Positions 46,001 to 54,773 of a DNA stretch of 64,000 bases are shown here, piece after piece. The notes beneath the pieces were generated by a model. It was not told the origin of the DNA. It saw only the letters and a list, made by a program, of their open reading frames with translations, and did not search any database. The DNA comes from an uncultured Chloroflexia bacterium (lineage in GTDB: Bacteria > Chloroflexota > Anaerolineae > CG2-30-64-16). A program made the translations under genes and the position numbers. The stretch spans positions 1,600,001 to 1,664,000 of the forward strand of contig CAWEMM010000006.1 in NCBI GenBank assembly GCA_963810095.1, read 5' to 3'. How positions within the stretch are numbered: position 1 is the stretch's first letter; each line of letters starts with the position of its first letter.

Positions 46001-46540
46001 CCTGGCGCTTCCTCGTAGGGAACCTGGCGCACCGCGCACTGGCCCACTGGGACTGCCTGGCCGAGCCAGACGAGACTTTGGAGGCCAGGTTGATCGGGTG
46101 GGCCCGACGGGGCGGCCTCTACGAGCCGGAGGACGTGCGAGGGGCGGTCGACCGGGCCGGCCGCATGCTGCCGCGCCCTGGCCGGAGCCTCGCTCTATGG
46201 CGAGATCTGCGCGGCGTCGGAGCGCCACGCAGAAGTGCCGCTGAGCATCCACGCGGGCACGCAGACGCTCCATGGCGTCCTGGACCTGCTCTACCTGGAT
46301 GCGGCGGGCCAGTGGCGGCTGCTGGACTGGAAGACCGAGCCGGTGGCCAAGGGCGAGTCGCTGGCCGAGGCCGCCCGGCCGTACCTGCGGCAGATGGCCG
46401 TGTACCGGCAGGCCGTCCTGCAAATCCTCGGCCTGGAGGCCCGCGCCGAGATCTGCTTCCTGTCCGCCCGGGCTGTTGTATATCACCCGCCTGCCGCCGA
46501 ACTCGCGGCCGAGTGGGACGCGCTCTGTTCAGAATTCTAA
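43039..46540 (+). CDS. addA: AddA/RexA-like UvrD helicase-nuclease (several frameshifts)
   Basis: VEAGAGTGKT, TFTEKATREM, STIHGLC, VDEFQD, VGDAKQSIYRFR, SVHAAKGLEF, LYVACTRA, C-terminal GVLDLLY..LLDWKT. Confidence 0.9.
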
Positions 46541-46550
46541 GGAGGCATCC

Positions 46551-47273
46551 GTGACCGGGGAAACCGCAAAGCTGAACTCGCTGGCGAAGATGATCGACCA
46601 TTCGCTGCTGCACCCGACGATGACGGATGCGGTGATCCGCGCGGGGTGCGAGCTGGCGCTAAGATATGAAGTGGCCACGGCGTGCGTCAAGCCGTATGCG
46701 GTGCCGCTTGCACGCGACGTGCTGGCCGGGTCCACCGTCGGCGTGTGCGCGGTCATCGGGTTTCCCCACGGTAACAGCACGCCTCGGATCAAGTTTGCGG
46801 AGACGCTGCACGCCATTGCGGACGGCGCAACCGAGGTCGACATGGTCATCAACATCGGCAAGGCGCTGGGCGGCGACTGGGATTACGTGTCCGAAGAGAT
46901 CAAGTCGATCAATCACGCGTGCACGACGCAAGGCGCGCTGTTGAAGGTAATCTTCGAGACGGACTACCTGCAGGACGAGCACATCGTCAGATTATGCGAG
47001 ATTTGCTCTGAGCACCGGGTCGCATTCGTCAAGACGTCGACGGGGTACGGGTTCGTGAAGCAGGCAAACGGCGACTACAACTACCTGGGCGCGACCGATC
47101 AGGTGCTCAAATTGATGCGGGAGCACTGCGCGACCGAGGTGCAGATTAAGGCGGCGGGCGGCGTACGCACGCTGGACGATCTGCTGCGCGTGCGGGCGCT
47201 CGGCGTAGCCCGCATCGGCGCGACGGCCACGGCCGCGATCCTCGACGCGGCGAAGGTCCGCGGCTATGCCTGA
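46551..47273 (+). CDS. deoC: Deoxyribose-phosphate aldolase
   Basis: MIDHSLLHP, VIGFPHG, EVDMVINIG, LKVIFET, FVKTSTGY, IKAAGGVR; RBS aaggagg. Confidence 0.95.
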   Translation: MTGETAKLNSLAKMIDHSLLHPTMTDAVIRAGCELALRYEVATACVKPYAVPLARDVLAGSTVGVCAVIGFPHGNSTPRIKFAETLHAIADGATEVDMVINIGKALGGDWDYVSEEIKSINHACTTQGALLKVIFETDYLQDEHIVRLCEICSEHRVAFVKTSTGYGFVKQANGDYNYLGATDQVLKLMREHCATEVQIKAAGGVRTLDDLLRVRALGVARIGATATAAILDAAKVRGYA

Positions 47274-47953
47274 ACAGGCCGCGGGTGACCGGACGGCAGC
47301 AGGGCCCTGACAAGCACCGCTCCGTGGACGGCGCCGACGATGGCGCCCGCCGCGGCCGTGGCTGCCACCACGATGGGGATGGCCTGGGCGACGCTCGCGC
47401 CCGCGGGGATAGAGCCCATGCCGAGGAAGACGACCGGCATGCCCAGCAGCCAGGCGAGCGAGTTCGCCGGCAGCCAGAGCCAACCTCGGCGCACGTGGCG
47501 GCGCATGATATACCACTGGGGGAGTGCCAGCACGATCCCGGCGACGAGGCCAAGCGCCGCGGCCATGACGAGCGTGAACCATTCGGGCATCTCAGCAGCA
47601 GCTTCGCCCCCGCCTGCATTTGCAGCCATCATGGTGGACGGCAGCATCCCCAGGCCCCACGCAACCATGGCACCAATTACCGTCGCAACGATCCAGGAAC
47701 GAAGCGTGACCTGGGGCAGGCGCCGGCGGAGCACGATCCCTTGGGCGCCGCCCACGACGATGCCCTCGAAGATCCCCAGCAGCACCCCGGCCAGCAGGCT
47801 GGTAATCGCGGGCCAGGCGCCGGGCAGGCCCGCGACGAGGGGTCCGAGCAGGCCAAAGCCTACCAGCAGCACTACGCTCAGCCCGACGGCTTCGCCCAGC
47901 GTGTTGGCGGCGACCCAACGCAGCCAGAAAATCAGGTCTCGCTCGTCCTGCAT
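47264..47953 (-). CDS. Integral membrane protein with an internal repeat (QWxxLRR/WxxA pattern)
   Basis: About 6 TM helices with repeated AQGIVLRRR..SWIVAT / PQWYIMRRH..WLPAN; RBS aggagg. Confidence 0.75.
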   Translation of the reverse strand: MQDERDLIFWLRWVAANTLGEAVGLSVVLLVGFGLLGPLVAGLPGAWPAITSLLAGVLLGIFEGIVVGGAQGIVLRRRLPQVTLRSWIVATVIGAMVAWGLGMLPSTMMAANAGGGEAAAEMPEWFTLVMAAALGLVAGIVLALPQWYIMRRHVRRGWLWLPANSLAWLLGMPVVFLGMGSIPAGASVAQAIPIVVAATAAAGAIVGAVHGAVLVRALLPSGHPRPVQA

Positions 47954-48164
47954 TGCTTCCTCCTGATAGCAGCCCCACTGCGAGTTGCGGGAGGTCGAGC
48001 GCCCGCCTGTCCGACTCGCCGAAGACTATACGCAGGTGAGTTGGCCGAGTTGCGGCGCGGGCCCTTTTGTACGGCCGCGGGCTGCCGCTTTTGAGTGGCG
48101 CGGCCGCGGGTGGTATCATGCCACCCTCGCGTGCACAACGTCAGAGGTCATTTTCGGAGTATCG

Positions 48165-49954
48165 ATGCCGAAGCTTCCTCTTCCTGCGCGGCTGGCCGGT
48201 GTTGCCCTCGTCGTCGCCTTTCTGATCCTGTCTATCCTGTACAGCGTCGTCAATCCCGCGTTCGAGTCGCCGGACGAGATCGGTCATTTCGGTTTCATCC
48301 AACATCTCGTTACCACCCGCTCCCTGCCCGTTCTGCGCCTGGGCGAGCCCGGCGAGGCGCACCAGCCGCCGCTCTACTACGTCGCTGGCGGCGGTCGCCG
48401 CGCTGCCGGCCGACTTTGCAGACGGCACGGGATGGTTTCGGCCCAACCCGAATTTCATGTGGGCGGGTAATGGTGGGTCTGACTTCAACGCCGGTCAGCA
48501 CAGTACCGCCGAAACGTTCCCTTTCAGTGGGCTCGCACTGGCCCTGCACCTGGCGCGCGGCCTGTCGCTGCTCATGGGCCTGGGGACCGTCTTGCTCACC
48601 TTCGTGATCGGTTCGCGGGTGTTCGCCGAGCGCCCCCTGGTGGCCCTGTTGGCGGCCGCGCTGGTGGCGTTTGTCCCACAGTTCCTGTTCGTCAGCGGCT
48701 CGGTTAACAACGACAACCTGGCCGTGTTTCTGGCAACGCTCGCCTTTCTCCAGATGGTCCGGCTGCTGGAGGATCCGCAGCGTGGGGGCCAGTGGCTGTT
48801 GCTGGGCATTATCGTAGCGGCAGGCATCCTCACGAAGATGTCGGGCTTCGTGATCGGGCTGCTGGCCGTGATGCTCCTGATCGTTTCCGCGATCCGGCAG
48901 CGCTCGGTCAAGCTGTTCGGCACGGGCCTGCTTGGCCTTGGCATCCCGGCGGTGCTCCTGGCCGGCTGGTGGTTTGTGCGCAACCAATTTCTCTACGGTG
49001 ACCCACTCGCCTGGGGCCTCTACCGTGAGGTGTTCGCTGCCAATCTCCGCAAGGGCCCGTTGAATGGCACCGACTTGCCCCTGTTCCTGTCCACGCAGTT
49101 CCGCTCCTTTCTCGGGCTGTTCGGCTGGATGAATGTGCCGGCCCCGGTCTGGTTTTATCGCGGCGCCGGTGTGCTGGCCGTCCTGGGGCTCGTGGGCCTG
49201 GCCGTGTACCCGTTTGCGCGCCGGCGCCGGTCGCCCCTGTCACCATTGCAGCGCGATGCACTTGCCGGCATGGTGATCGCAGTCGTCGTGCAGGAGCTCT
49301 ATATCCTCGGCACCATCGTGCGTTGCGATGCCTCCTGCTACCAGGGCCGGTACCTGTTCCCGGCCATCGCCCCACTGATGCTGCTCCTGGCTTTTGGGCT
49401 GCTCGGCCTGGTTCCGCGGCGGGCGGCCGGGTGGGTGACCGCCGGCGTGTCGCTTGTCGCTGGTGGCGGCCGCGCTGTACATGCCGCTGCGTGTGATTGT
49501 TCCCGCCTACGCGACCGCACCGCAGCCGAAGTGGAGCGTGTGGCTGCTGCCGCACAAGAGCGGCGCGACTTTTGGCGACCAGATCCGGCTGGCCGGGTAC
49601 GCGGCACGGGTGGAGCCCGGCGGCGGGGCAGTCAAACTCACGCTGTACTGGGAAGCGTTACGGACGCCGGACTTCAATTACTCGGCCTTTGCCCACCTGC
49701 TCGACGCGGGCGGGCAGGTCGTCGCGCAGCAGGACCGGGCCCCGGGCGAAGACAGGGGATATCCGCCGCAGGCCTGGCTGCCCGAGGATATCGTGATCGA
49801 CGAGCACACGCTGCCGTTGCCGCCCGGGGGCGCGGGAAAGCCGTACAAACTGCGGGTGGGGCTGTACAACTGGCAGAACGGCCAGCAGCTGCCGGTAAGC
49901 CAGGGCGGGCAGCCGGCCGGCACGTTCGTACTGCTCGACTCTCCCGGGAGTTAA
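48165..49954 (+). CDS. GT-C (ArnT/PMT-like, DUF2142-type) membrane glycosyltransferase with a C-terminal extracellular beta domain (frameshifted)
   Basis: PAFESPDEIGH, HQPPLYY, SVNNDNL, QGRYLFP, then a Chloroflexi-type domain LTLYWEAL..YSAFAHLLD..W.PEDIVID..VGLYNW. Confidence 0.85.
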
Positions 49955-50045
49955 GCGCGGCTGACGGGTGTGCCACGGGCCGGCCGGCCCCGGAGTCGGG
50001 AGAACCTTAAAGAAACGAACTTGTGTGGTTCTGAACTTGTCTCCT

Positions 50046-50074
50046 TTGACACGCGCCGAACGTGCACCTATAAT
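50046..50074 (+). promoter_or_regulatory. Perfect consensus sigma70 promoter driving a long leader and micropeptides 1-2
   Basis: TTGACA-N17-TATAAT. Confidence 0.8.
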
Positions 50075-50419
50075 GCACTGGTATTTTTTCCGTGACAACG
50101 CGAGCGGTCCTCATCAACTTCGCCGTCTCTCGCGCTTCACGGCTCCCCTTCACCACAGGAGCGAGGGCAGGGCGCGTGCCTATGCGTTGCTTGTTGCCAT
50201 TACCGGCCATCTTGCGCATAGATAGGGTGCTGCGCGAATCCAAAGCCCGCGCGCCCTGGCTTCCCTCGGCATCGAGTTTGACGTTTCCGTAGGATTGGCC
50301 ACCCGGCGGCCCCGGCCCGGGTGGCCAATCTGCGAGGGAGCGCTCAACCGATTCGTCCGTTTAGTCATCTCTTCCGTCTCAAGCGTGACTGCTTGTCGGA
50401 GTGTCTCGTGGAGGACACC

Positions 50420-50461
50420 ATGGCAAAGACATGCGCGGACGGTGTGATCGGCGGCAACTAA
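50420..50461 (+). CDS. Micropeptide 1, MAKTCADGVIGGN (13 aa)
   Basis: GGAGG 5 nt before the ATG; C-terminal DGVIGGN shared with micropeptide 3. Confidence 0.75.
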   Translation: MAKTCADGVIGGN

Positions 50462-50476
50462 AAGAGGAGGACCGTC

Positions 50477-50581
50477 GTGGCACACCGTATGTGGTTCTTG
50501 GCGACTTGGCTGCTGATGACCGCTGCCACCCTGGGCGTGTTGTTGGCTCCTTGTTTCGATGGAGTTGTAGGCGGCGGCTGA
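50477..50581 (+). CDS. Micropeptide 2, MAHRMWFLATWLLMTAATLGVLLAPCFDGVVGGG (34 aa; hydrophobic leader + motif)
   Basis: AGGAGG 6 nt before the GTG; ends in DGVVGGG. Confidence 0.72.
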   Translation: MAHRMWFLATWLLMTAATLGVLLAPCFDGVVGGG

Positions 50582-50616
50582 GGTTTCGCAAGGCGCTCCC
50601 AACGGTAAGTTGGCTT

Positions 50617-50648
50617 GAGGAAGGGCGGACGCCCGTCCGCCCTTCCTC
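50617..50648 (+). terminator. 14-bp hairpin after micropeptides 1-2 (terminator or attenuator)
   Basis: gaggaagggcggac-gccc-gtccgcccttcctc; weak U-tract. Confidence 0.6.
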
Positions 50649-50690
50649 CGTTCCCGATCATCGCAGTTATCCGTCCCAAAGGTTATCTTC

Positions 50691-51614
50691 ATGGCTTCCC
50701 TTTCCCGCACACTCAGTTCGGACAGCTTCGCCACCTTTGCACGTTTAGTCGGTCTTGTCAGCGCGCTGGCTGCGTTTGTCGCGGTTGCGGCGCCCGGCGA
50801 AACGCCCCGCCGCTTGGCCTGGGTCCTGGGCCTGTTGGGCATAGCTGCGGTCATGCTGATCATTAGCTGGAAGAAGGTGCGCGGCGGCATTGCCGCGTGG
50901 GGCGAGCGGCACGACTGGAACCGGACGTTCACCTACCTCTCACGCCGCTACACGTGGGGCATCGAGCACGTGGGCGTAACGACCGTCGTTCAACCGGACG
51001 GCTCGGCCACCATCACGCGCAAGCCCACCATCATCTCCCGTGGCCTGATCCAGGAAATCGAGCAGACGCTGCACTTCCCCGAGCAAGACCTGCGCCCCGG
51101 GTGGTCTACCCCCCAGGAGTTGAGCTCACACGTGGAGTTCAAAGGCGGCGAAGCAGCGCGGTGCAACCCCAGTGAGATCGAATCGAGCGACGGGCGCTGG
51201 CTGATCAAGGTCCACTTTACGCCGGCACTTGCCGACGGCAAGACCGCGTCCTTCGAGTTGGCAGAGCAGCTTTGGCCAGCGCTGTACGGCGTGGATTTGA
51301 CGCCGAGCGAGCTGGCTCAGCGGACGCCCGACTATATTGCCTGGGTGATCGACAGGCCGATGTTGAAATTGGTGCTCGACGTTTACTTCCCGGGCAACTA
51401 CAACGCCACCTCGCCTGATTTCCAGGTCTTCTTCGCTCCCGTGCTGCGCAAGGCCAAATGGCGGGCCCATGATGCCGAGCGTAAACGCCTGGCCGACGTG
51501 CGCGCGTTCAGGAACGAGCACAACGGCCCCATCCAGCATCTGCAGCTCACGGTCGACTCGCCCATTCCGGGGCTCATCTATCGCCTGGAATGGGGCACGC
51601 TGCGCAGTCATTAA
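50691..51614 (+). CDS. Orphan protein: two N-terminal TM helices + beta-strand-rich C-terminal domain
   Basis: Intact 307-aa ORF. Two hydrophobic helices, then WKKVR, then TVVQPDGSATIT..VHFTPAL..WVIDRPMLKLVLDVYFP..LTVDSPIPGLIYRLEW. Confidence 0.8.
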   Translation: MASLSRTLSSDSFATFARLVGLVSALAAFVAVAAPGETPRRLAWVLGLLGIAAVMLIISWKKVRGGIAAWGERHDWNRTFTYLSRRYTWGIEHVGVTTVVQPDGSATITRKPTIISRGLIQEIEQTLHFPEQDLRPGWSTPQELSSHVEFKGGEAARCNPSEIESSDGRWLIKVHFTPALADGKTASFELAEQLWPALYGVDLTPSELAQRTPDYIAWVIDRPMLKLVLDVYFPGNYNATSPDFQVFFAPVLRKAKWRAHDAERKRLADVRAFRNEHNGPIQHLQLTVDSPIPGLIYRLEWGTLRSH

Positions 51615-51646
51615 ATGCTTTGAACGATTTAATCGACTTAACCCCA

Positions 51647-51676
51647 TTGACAATTTGGTTAAAGTTGGGTTATTAT
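51647..51676 (+). promoter_or_regulatory. Sigma70-type promoter for micropeptide 3
   Basis: TTGACA-N18-TATTAT in an AT-rich patch. Confidence 0.6.
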
Positions 51677-51764
51677 TCCGTCATCACCTTGGTGTGAATC
51701 GCGAGACGGGGGCTGCTCCGTCTCGGTGGCATTTAACCCCATTTGCAGCCGCACGGAGGCGTGG

Positions 51765-51809
51765 ATGAAGACTCGAAAGCAGCGTGATGGCGTCATCGGA
51801 GGAAACTGA
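51765..51809 (+). CDS. Micropeptide 3, MKTRKQRDGVIGGN (14 aa)
   Basis: GGAGG 5 nt before the ATG; own promoter and terminator; DGVIGGN encoded with different synonymous codons from micropeptide 1. Confidence 0.75.
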   Translation: MKTRKQRDGVIGGN

Positions 51810-51823
51810 CGCGGTCACGCAGG

Positions 51824-51859
51824 AAGCAAAAACCGGGCGTTCGCCCGGTTTTTGCTTTT
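51824..51859 (+). terminator. Rho-independent terminator (bidirectional type)
   Basis: aagcaaaaaccgggcg-tt-cgcccggtttttgctttt. Confidence 0.85.
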
Positions 51860-51923
51860 AGAAGCTATCCGAAAATGCACTGGCCGGTCGGAGACCGGCC
51901 AGTGCATTTTCGGATAGCTTCTA
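51859..51923. repeat. 31-bp perfect inverted repeat with a 3-nt loop
   Basis: tagaagctatccgaaaatgcactggccggtc-gga-gaccggccagtgcattttcggatagcttcta. Confidence 0.9.
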
Positions 51924-51977
51924 CGTGCGAGAGATTCATGGCAGGCCAACGCCCGGCCCCGCGTGTAATGCGAACCC

Positions 51978-52688
51978 CTAAAACCCCAGCCCGCGTTCCT
52001 TCAGGCTCACCCAGCGCTGCTGGCCGATGACGAGGTGGTCGAGCACGTCGACGTTGAGCAGCTTGCCGGCCTCGACGATCTGGCGCGTGACGTGGACATC
52101 TTCGGGCGAGGGCGTCGGATCGCCCGACGGGTGGTTGTGGGCGACGATGACGGCGGCGGCATTGAGGCGGATGGCTTCGCGGAACAACTCGCCCACGCGG
52201 ACGACGGCCGAGTTGAGCGAGCCGATGTACACGGTGTGAATCTTGAGCACCCGGTTCTTCGAGTCCATGATGACCGTGCGCAGGTGCTCTTGCTCGAGCG
52301 GGGCCATTTCCATCAGGAGGAGGTTGGCTGCATCCGCCGGGGATTTGACGGTGGGGCGCTCGTGGGGGGCGGCGACCAACAGGCGCCGGCCCAGCTCGAA
52401 CGCGGCCTTGAGCTCGATGGCCTTGACGCGGCCCATGCCCTTGGCTGCGGCCAGCTCTTCGAAGGGCGCCTGGGCCAGGCCGGCCAGCCCGCCGTAGCAG
52501 GTGAGCAGGCGCTGGGCGAGCATGATCACGTTCTCGTCCTTGCTGCCCACCCGGAGGATGATGGCGAGCAGCTCGGCCGTGCTCACCGCCGACGGCCCGT
52601 AGTGCTCGAGCCGTTCGCGCGGGCGCTCGCCCTCCGGCAACTCCTTGATAGTGGGGTAGTACTCGGCGAGGGCTTCGTTGAGAGGCAT
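51978..52688 (-). CDS. radC: RadC / JAB-domain protein
   Basis: [15 protein letters not shown], HhH region, [22 protein letters not shown]. Confidence 0.95.
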   Translation of the reverse strand: MPLNEALAEYYPTIKELPEGERPRERLEHYGPSAVSTAELLAIILRVGSKDENVIMLAQRLLTCYGGLAGLAQAPFEELAAAKGMGRVKAIELKAAFELGRRLLVAAPHERPTVKSPADAANLLLMEMAPLEQEHLRTVIMDSKNRVLKIHTVYIGSLNSAVVRVGELFREAIRLNAAAVIVAHNHPSGDPTPSPEDVHVTRQIVEAGKLLNVDVLDHLVIGQQRWVSLKERGLGF

Positions 52689-52697
52689 GAGATTATC

Positions 52698-53009
52698 CTA
52701 GTGCTTGAATCCGATCGTCCTGTCGGGGGCTTGAAAGCCGGTTTCCACCGGCGTGCGAACCTCGCCGTAGCGCTCCTCGTACTTGGATAGGTTCTCCTGC
52801 AGTGCATGTAGCAGCAGCTTGGCGTTGAGCGGCGTCAGCACGACGCGCGCCAGCACCTTCGACGTGGGGTTGCCGGGCAGCAGCCGCGCAAAGTCGATGA
52901 CGATCTCGGACGGCGAGTGGCTGATGATGGCGAAGTTGCTGTAGGTGGCTTCCAGGTCGTTGGGGAGCTCGATGTTGATCTGCGACTGGCCTTGATTGGG
53001 CTGCGCCAT
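52698..53009 (-). CDS. DUF3467 family protein
   Basis: INIELP..ATYSNFAIISHSPSEIVIDFARLLPG..ARVVLTPLNAKLLLHALQENL..YE..YG. Confidence 0.85.
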   Translation of the reverse strand: MAQPNQGQSQINIELPNDLEATYSNFAIISHSPSEIVIDFARLLPGNPTSKVLARVVLTPLNAKLLLHALQENLSKYEERYGEVRTPVETGFQAPDRTIGFKH

Positions 53010-53105
53010 TTGGGCCTCCTGTTGGGGATGTGGAGGCAGTCTACCACAAGGGTCGCTGTTTCGGGTAGGGGCGACCGGCCCGGCCACCCCTACCCGAAGC
53101 CTTGT

Positions 53106-53518
53106 TTAGAATGGCAGGTCGTCTTCGTGCTGGGGGAAATCGTCGCCGCCGGGCTGCCCAGGCGCGCCGCCGGCCCCCCCGCCGCCTTCGTCGCGGCCGC
53201 CGCCCATGAACTTCAGGTTGGTAGCTCGCAGCTCAAGCGTCGCGCGGGATTGCCTTCCCGGTCGGTGAAGGCCTGCGCGTCGATATCGCCCTCGACCAGG
53301 ACCAGGCGGCCCTTCTTGAGGTACTGCGCGGCCAATTCGGCAGTCTTCTGCCAGCAGGTCACGCGGAACCAGGTCGTCTTTTCCTGGGACTCGCCGTTCT
53401 GGTTGGTCCACTTGCGGCTCGTGGCGATGCTGAAGCTGGTGACCGGGGTGCCGGTCGGGGTGTAGCGCATCTCGGGGTCACGACCCAGATGCCCAACGAC
53501 GATCGTCTTCTGGTACAT
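53106..53518 (-). CDS. ssb: Single-stranded DNA-binding protein (frameshift near 53240)
   Basis: VVGHLGRDPEMRYTPTG, TTWFRVTCW, YLKKGRLVLVEG, C-terminal DDLPF. Confidence 0.93.
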
Positions 53519-53589
53519 GCGCTGTGCTCCTCTGGTTTGAGTGCCATAATCAAGCTTGCGAATGCAAAACCAATCGTTGCACACGTCCC

Positions 53590-53640
53590 AGCATACTGCG
53601 GCCGGGCCCAAAAGTCAAATTAGAATCGAACCCTTGTTCG
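53590..53640 (-). promoter_or_regulatory. ssb promoter with an adjacent LexA (Cheo-type) box
   Basis: TTGACT-N17-TATGCT (53618-53590) and palindrome CGAAC-CCTT-GTTCG (53627-53640). Confidence 0.6.
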
Positions 53641-54770
53641 CTTCCGGCGGCAGTAGTGTGATGGCCGATGGCTCGAGCACGAGCGTCAGCGCCTGGCCGG
53701 CCTGCGGCAATTCGCCCTCTGCCGTCGACATTTCACAGACGAGGCGGACGCCGCCGGCGTGAAGCGTCTCGACCAGGTAGTAGCTGCCGCGAAATGAGGC
53801 CGCCAAGAGCGTTCCCGGAAAGCTGTTTTTCTCCGCCGGCGCTGCACCGGCCAGCCTTGCGGCCTCGGGCCGCACCAGGACGGTGACGGGCTCGCCCGGT
53901 CTGAAGGCGGTCCTCCCATCGCTGGCGAGGACGCTGCCCAGTCCGGTCTCCACTGCGACGCAGCCTGCTGCGTCGGGGGCGCGCTGACTTTCCCGGGGAG
54001 CAGGTTGCGGAAGCCGAGGAACTTGGCCACGTACTCGGACGCGGGCCGGCGGTAGACCTCGGCCGGCGTGCCTTCCTGCTCGATCCAGCCGCCGCGTCCC
54101 TGCTCGGGGCGGGCACGCATGATCAGCACGCGATCGGCCAGCGCGAACGCTTCCTCCTGGTCATGGGTGACGTAGAGCGCGGTGATCCCCACCCGCTTGA
54201 GGATGTCCCGCAACTCGTTCATCAGTTCTTCGCGCAGCGTGCGGTCCAAGGCCCCCAGCGGCTCGTCGAGCATGAGGAGGCGCGGCCGGGGTGCCAGGCT
54301 GCGCGCGAGCGCCACCCGCTGCTGCTCGCCGCCCGACAGCTCGATCACCCGGCGCCGCTCGTAACCACGCAAATTCACGAGGTCGAGCATCTCCCGCACC
54401 CGGTCGTCGATCTGGCCGGGCGACAACTGCTGCATGGCGCGAGCATGCGCAGGCCGAAAGCAACATTCTGAGCGACGTCTTTGTGGGGAAACAGTGCGTA
54501 GTCCTGGAACATAAAGCCGAAGTTGCGCTTGTGCACGGGGATGTGGGACACGTCCTGCCCTTCGAATGTGACCTTGCCGCTGTCGGGCGTCTCCAGCCCC
54601 GCGACGATGCGCAGCAGGGTGGTCTTGCCGCAGCCACTCGGCCCCAACAGGCAGATGATTTCGCCCGGGTCGACGCTGAAGCTGGCCTCTTCGAGCACCG
54701 GCAGGCCGGGGTAGGACTTGGAGACGCCGGCGACGGTGAGCAACGGCGGCGTTGGGGGCACGGGTGGCAT
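53615..54770 (-). CDS. thiQ: ABC transporter ATP-binding subunit (thiamine ABC, ThiQ-like; frameshifted)
   Basis: GPSGCGKTT, FQDYALFPH, LSGGEQQRVALAR, LDEPLGALD, C-terminal TOBE-like region. Confidence 0.85.
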
Positions 54771-54773
54771 GGA

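Noticed and set aside
39629-46540. Helicase/nuclease pair as a novel defence system, or AddB as Cas4
   Set aside because: Domain order and motifs fit housekeeping AddAB; the fragmentation is explained by indels.
50092-50292. 66-aa ORF (or its 36-aa MRCLL.. sub-ORF) in the leader as a fourth peptide
   Set aside because: It lacks the DGVxGG motif and a well-spaced RBS, and it overlaps strong RNA stems.
51680-51860. Hammerhead ribozyme or retron ncRNA in the unit after the 2TM gene
   Set aside because: No CUGAUGA core and no reverse transcriptase nearby; the RBS plus conserved peptide explains it better.
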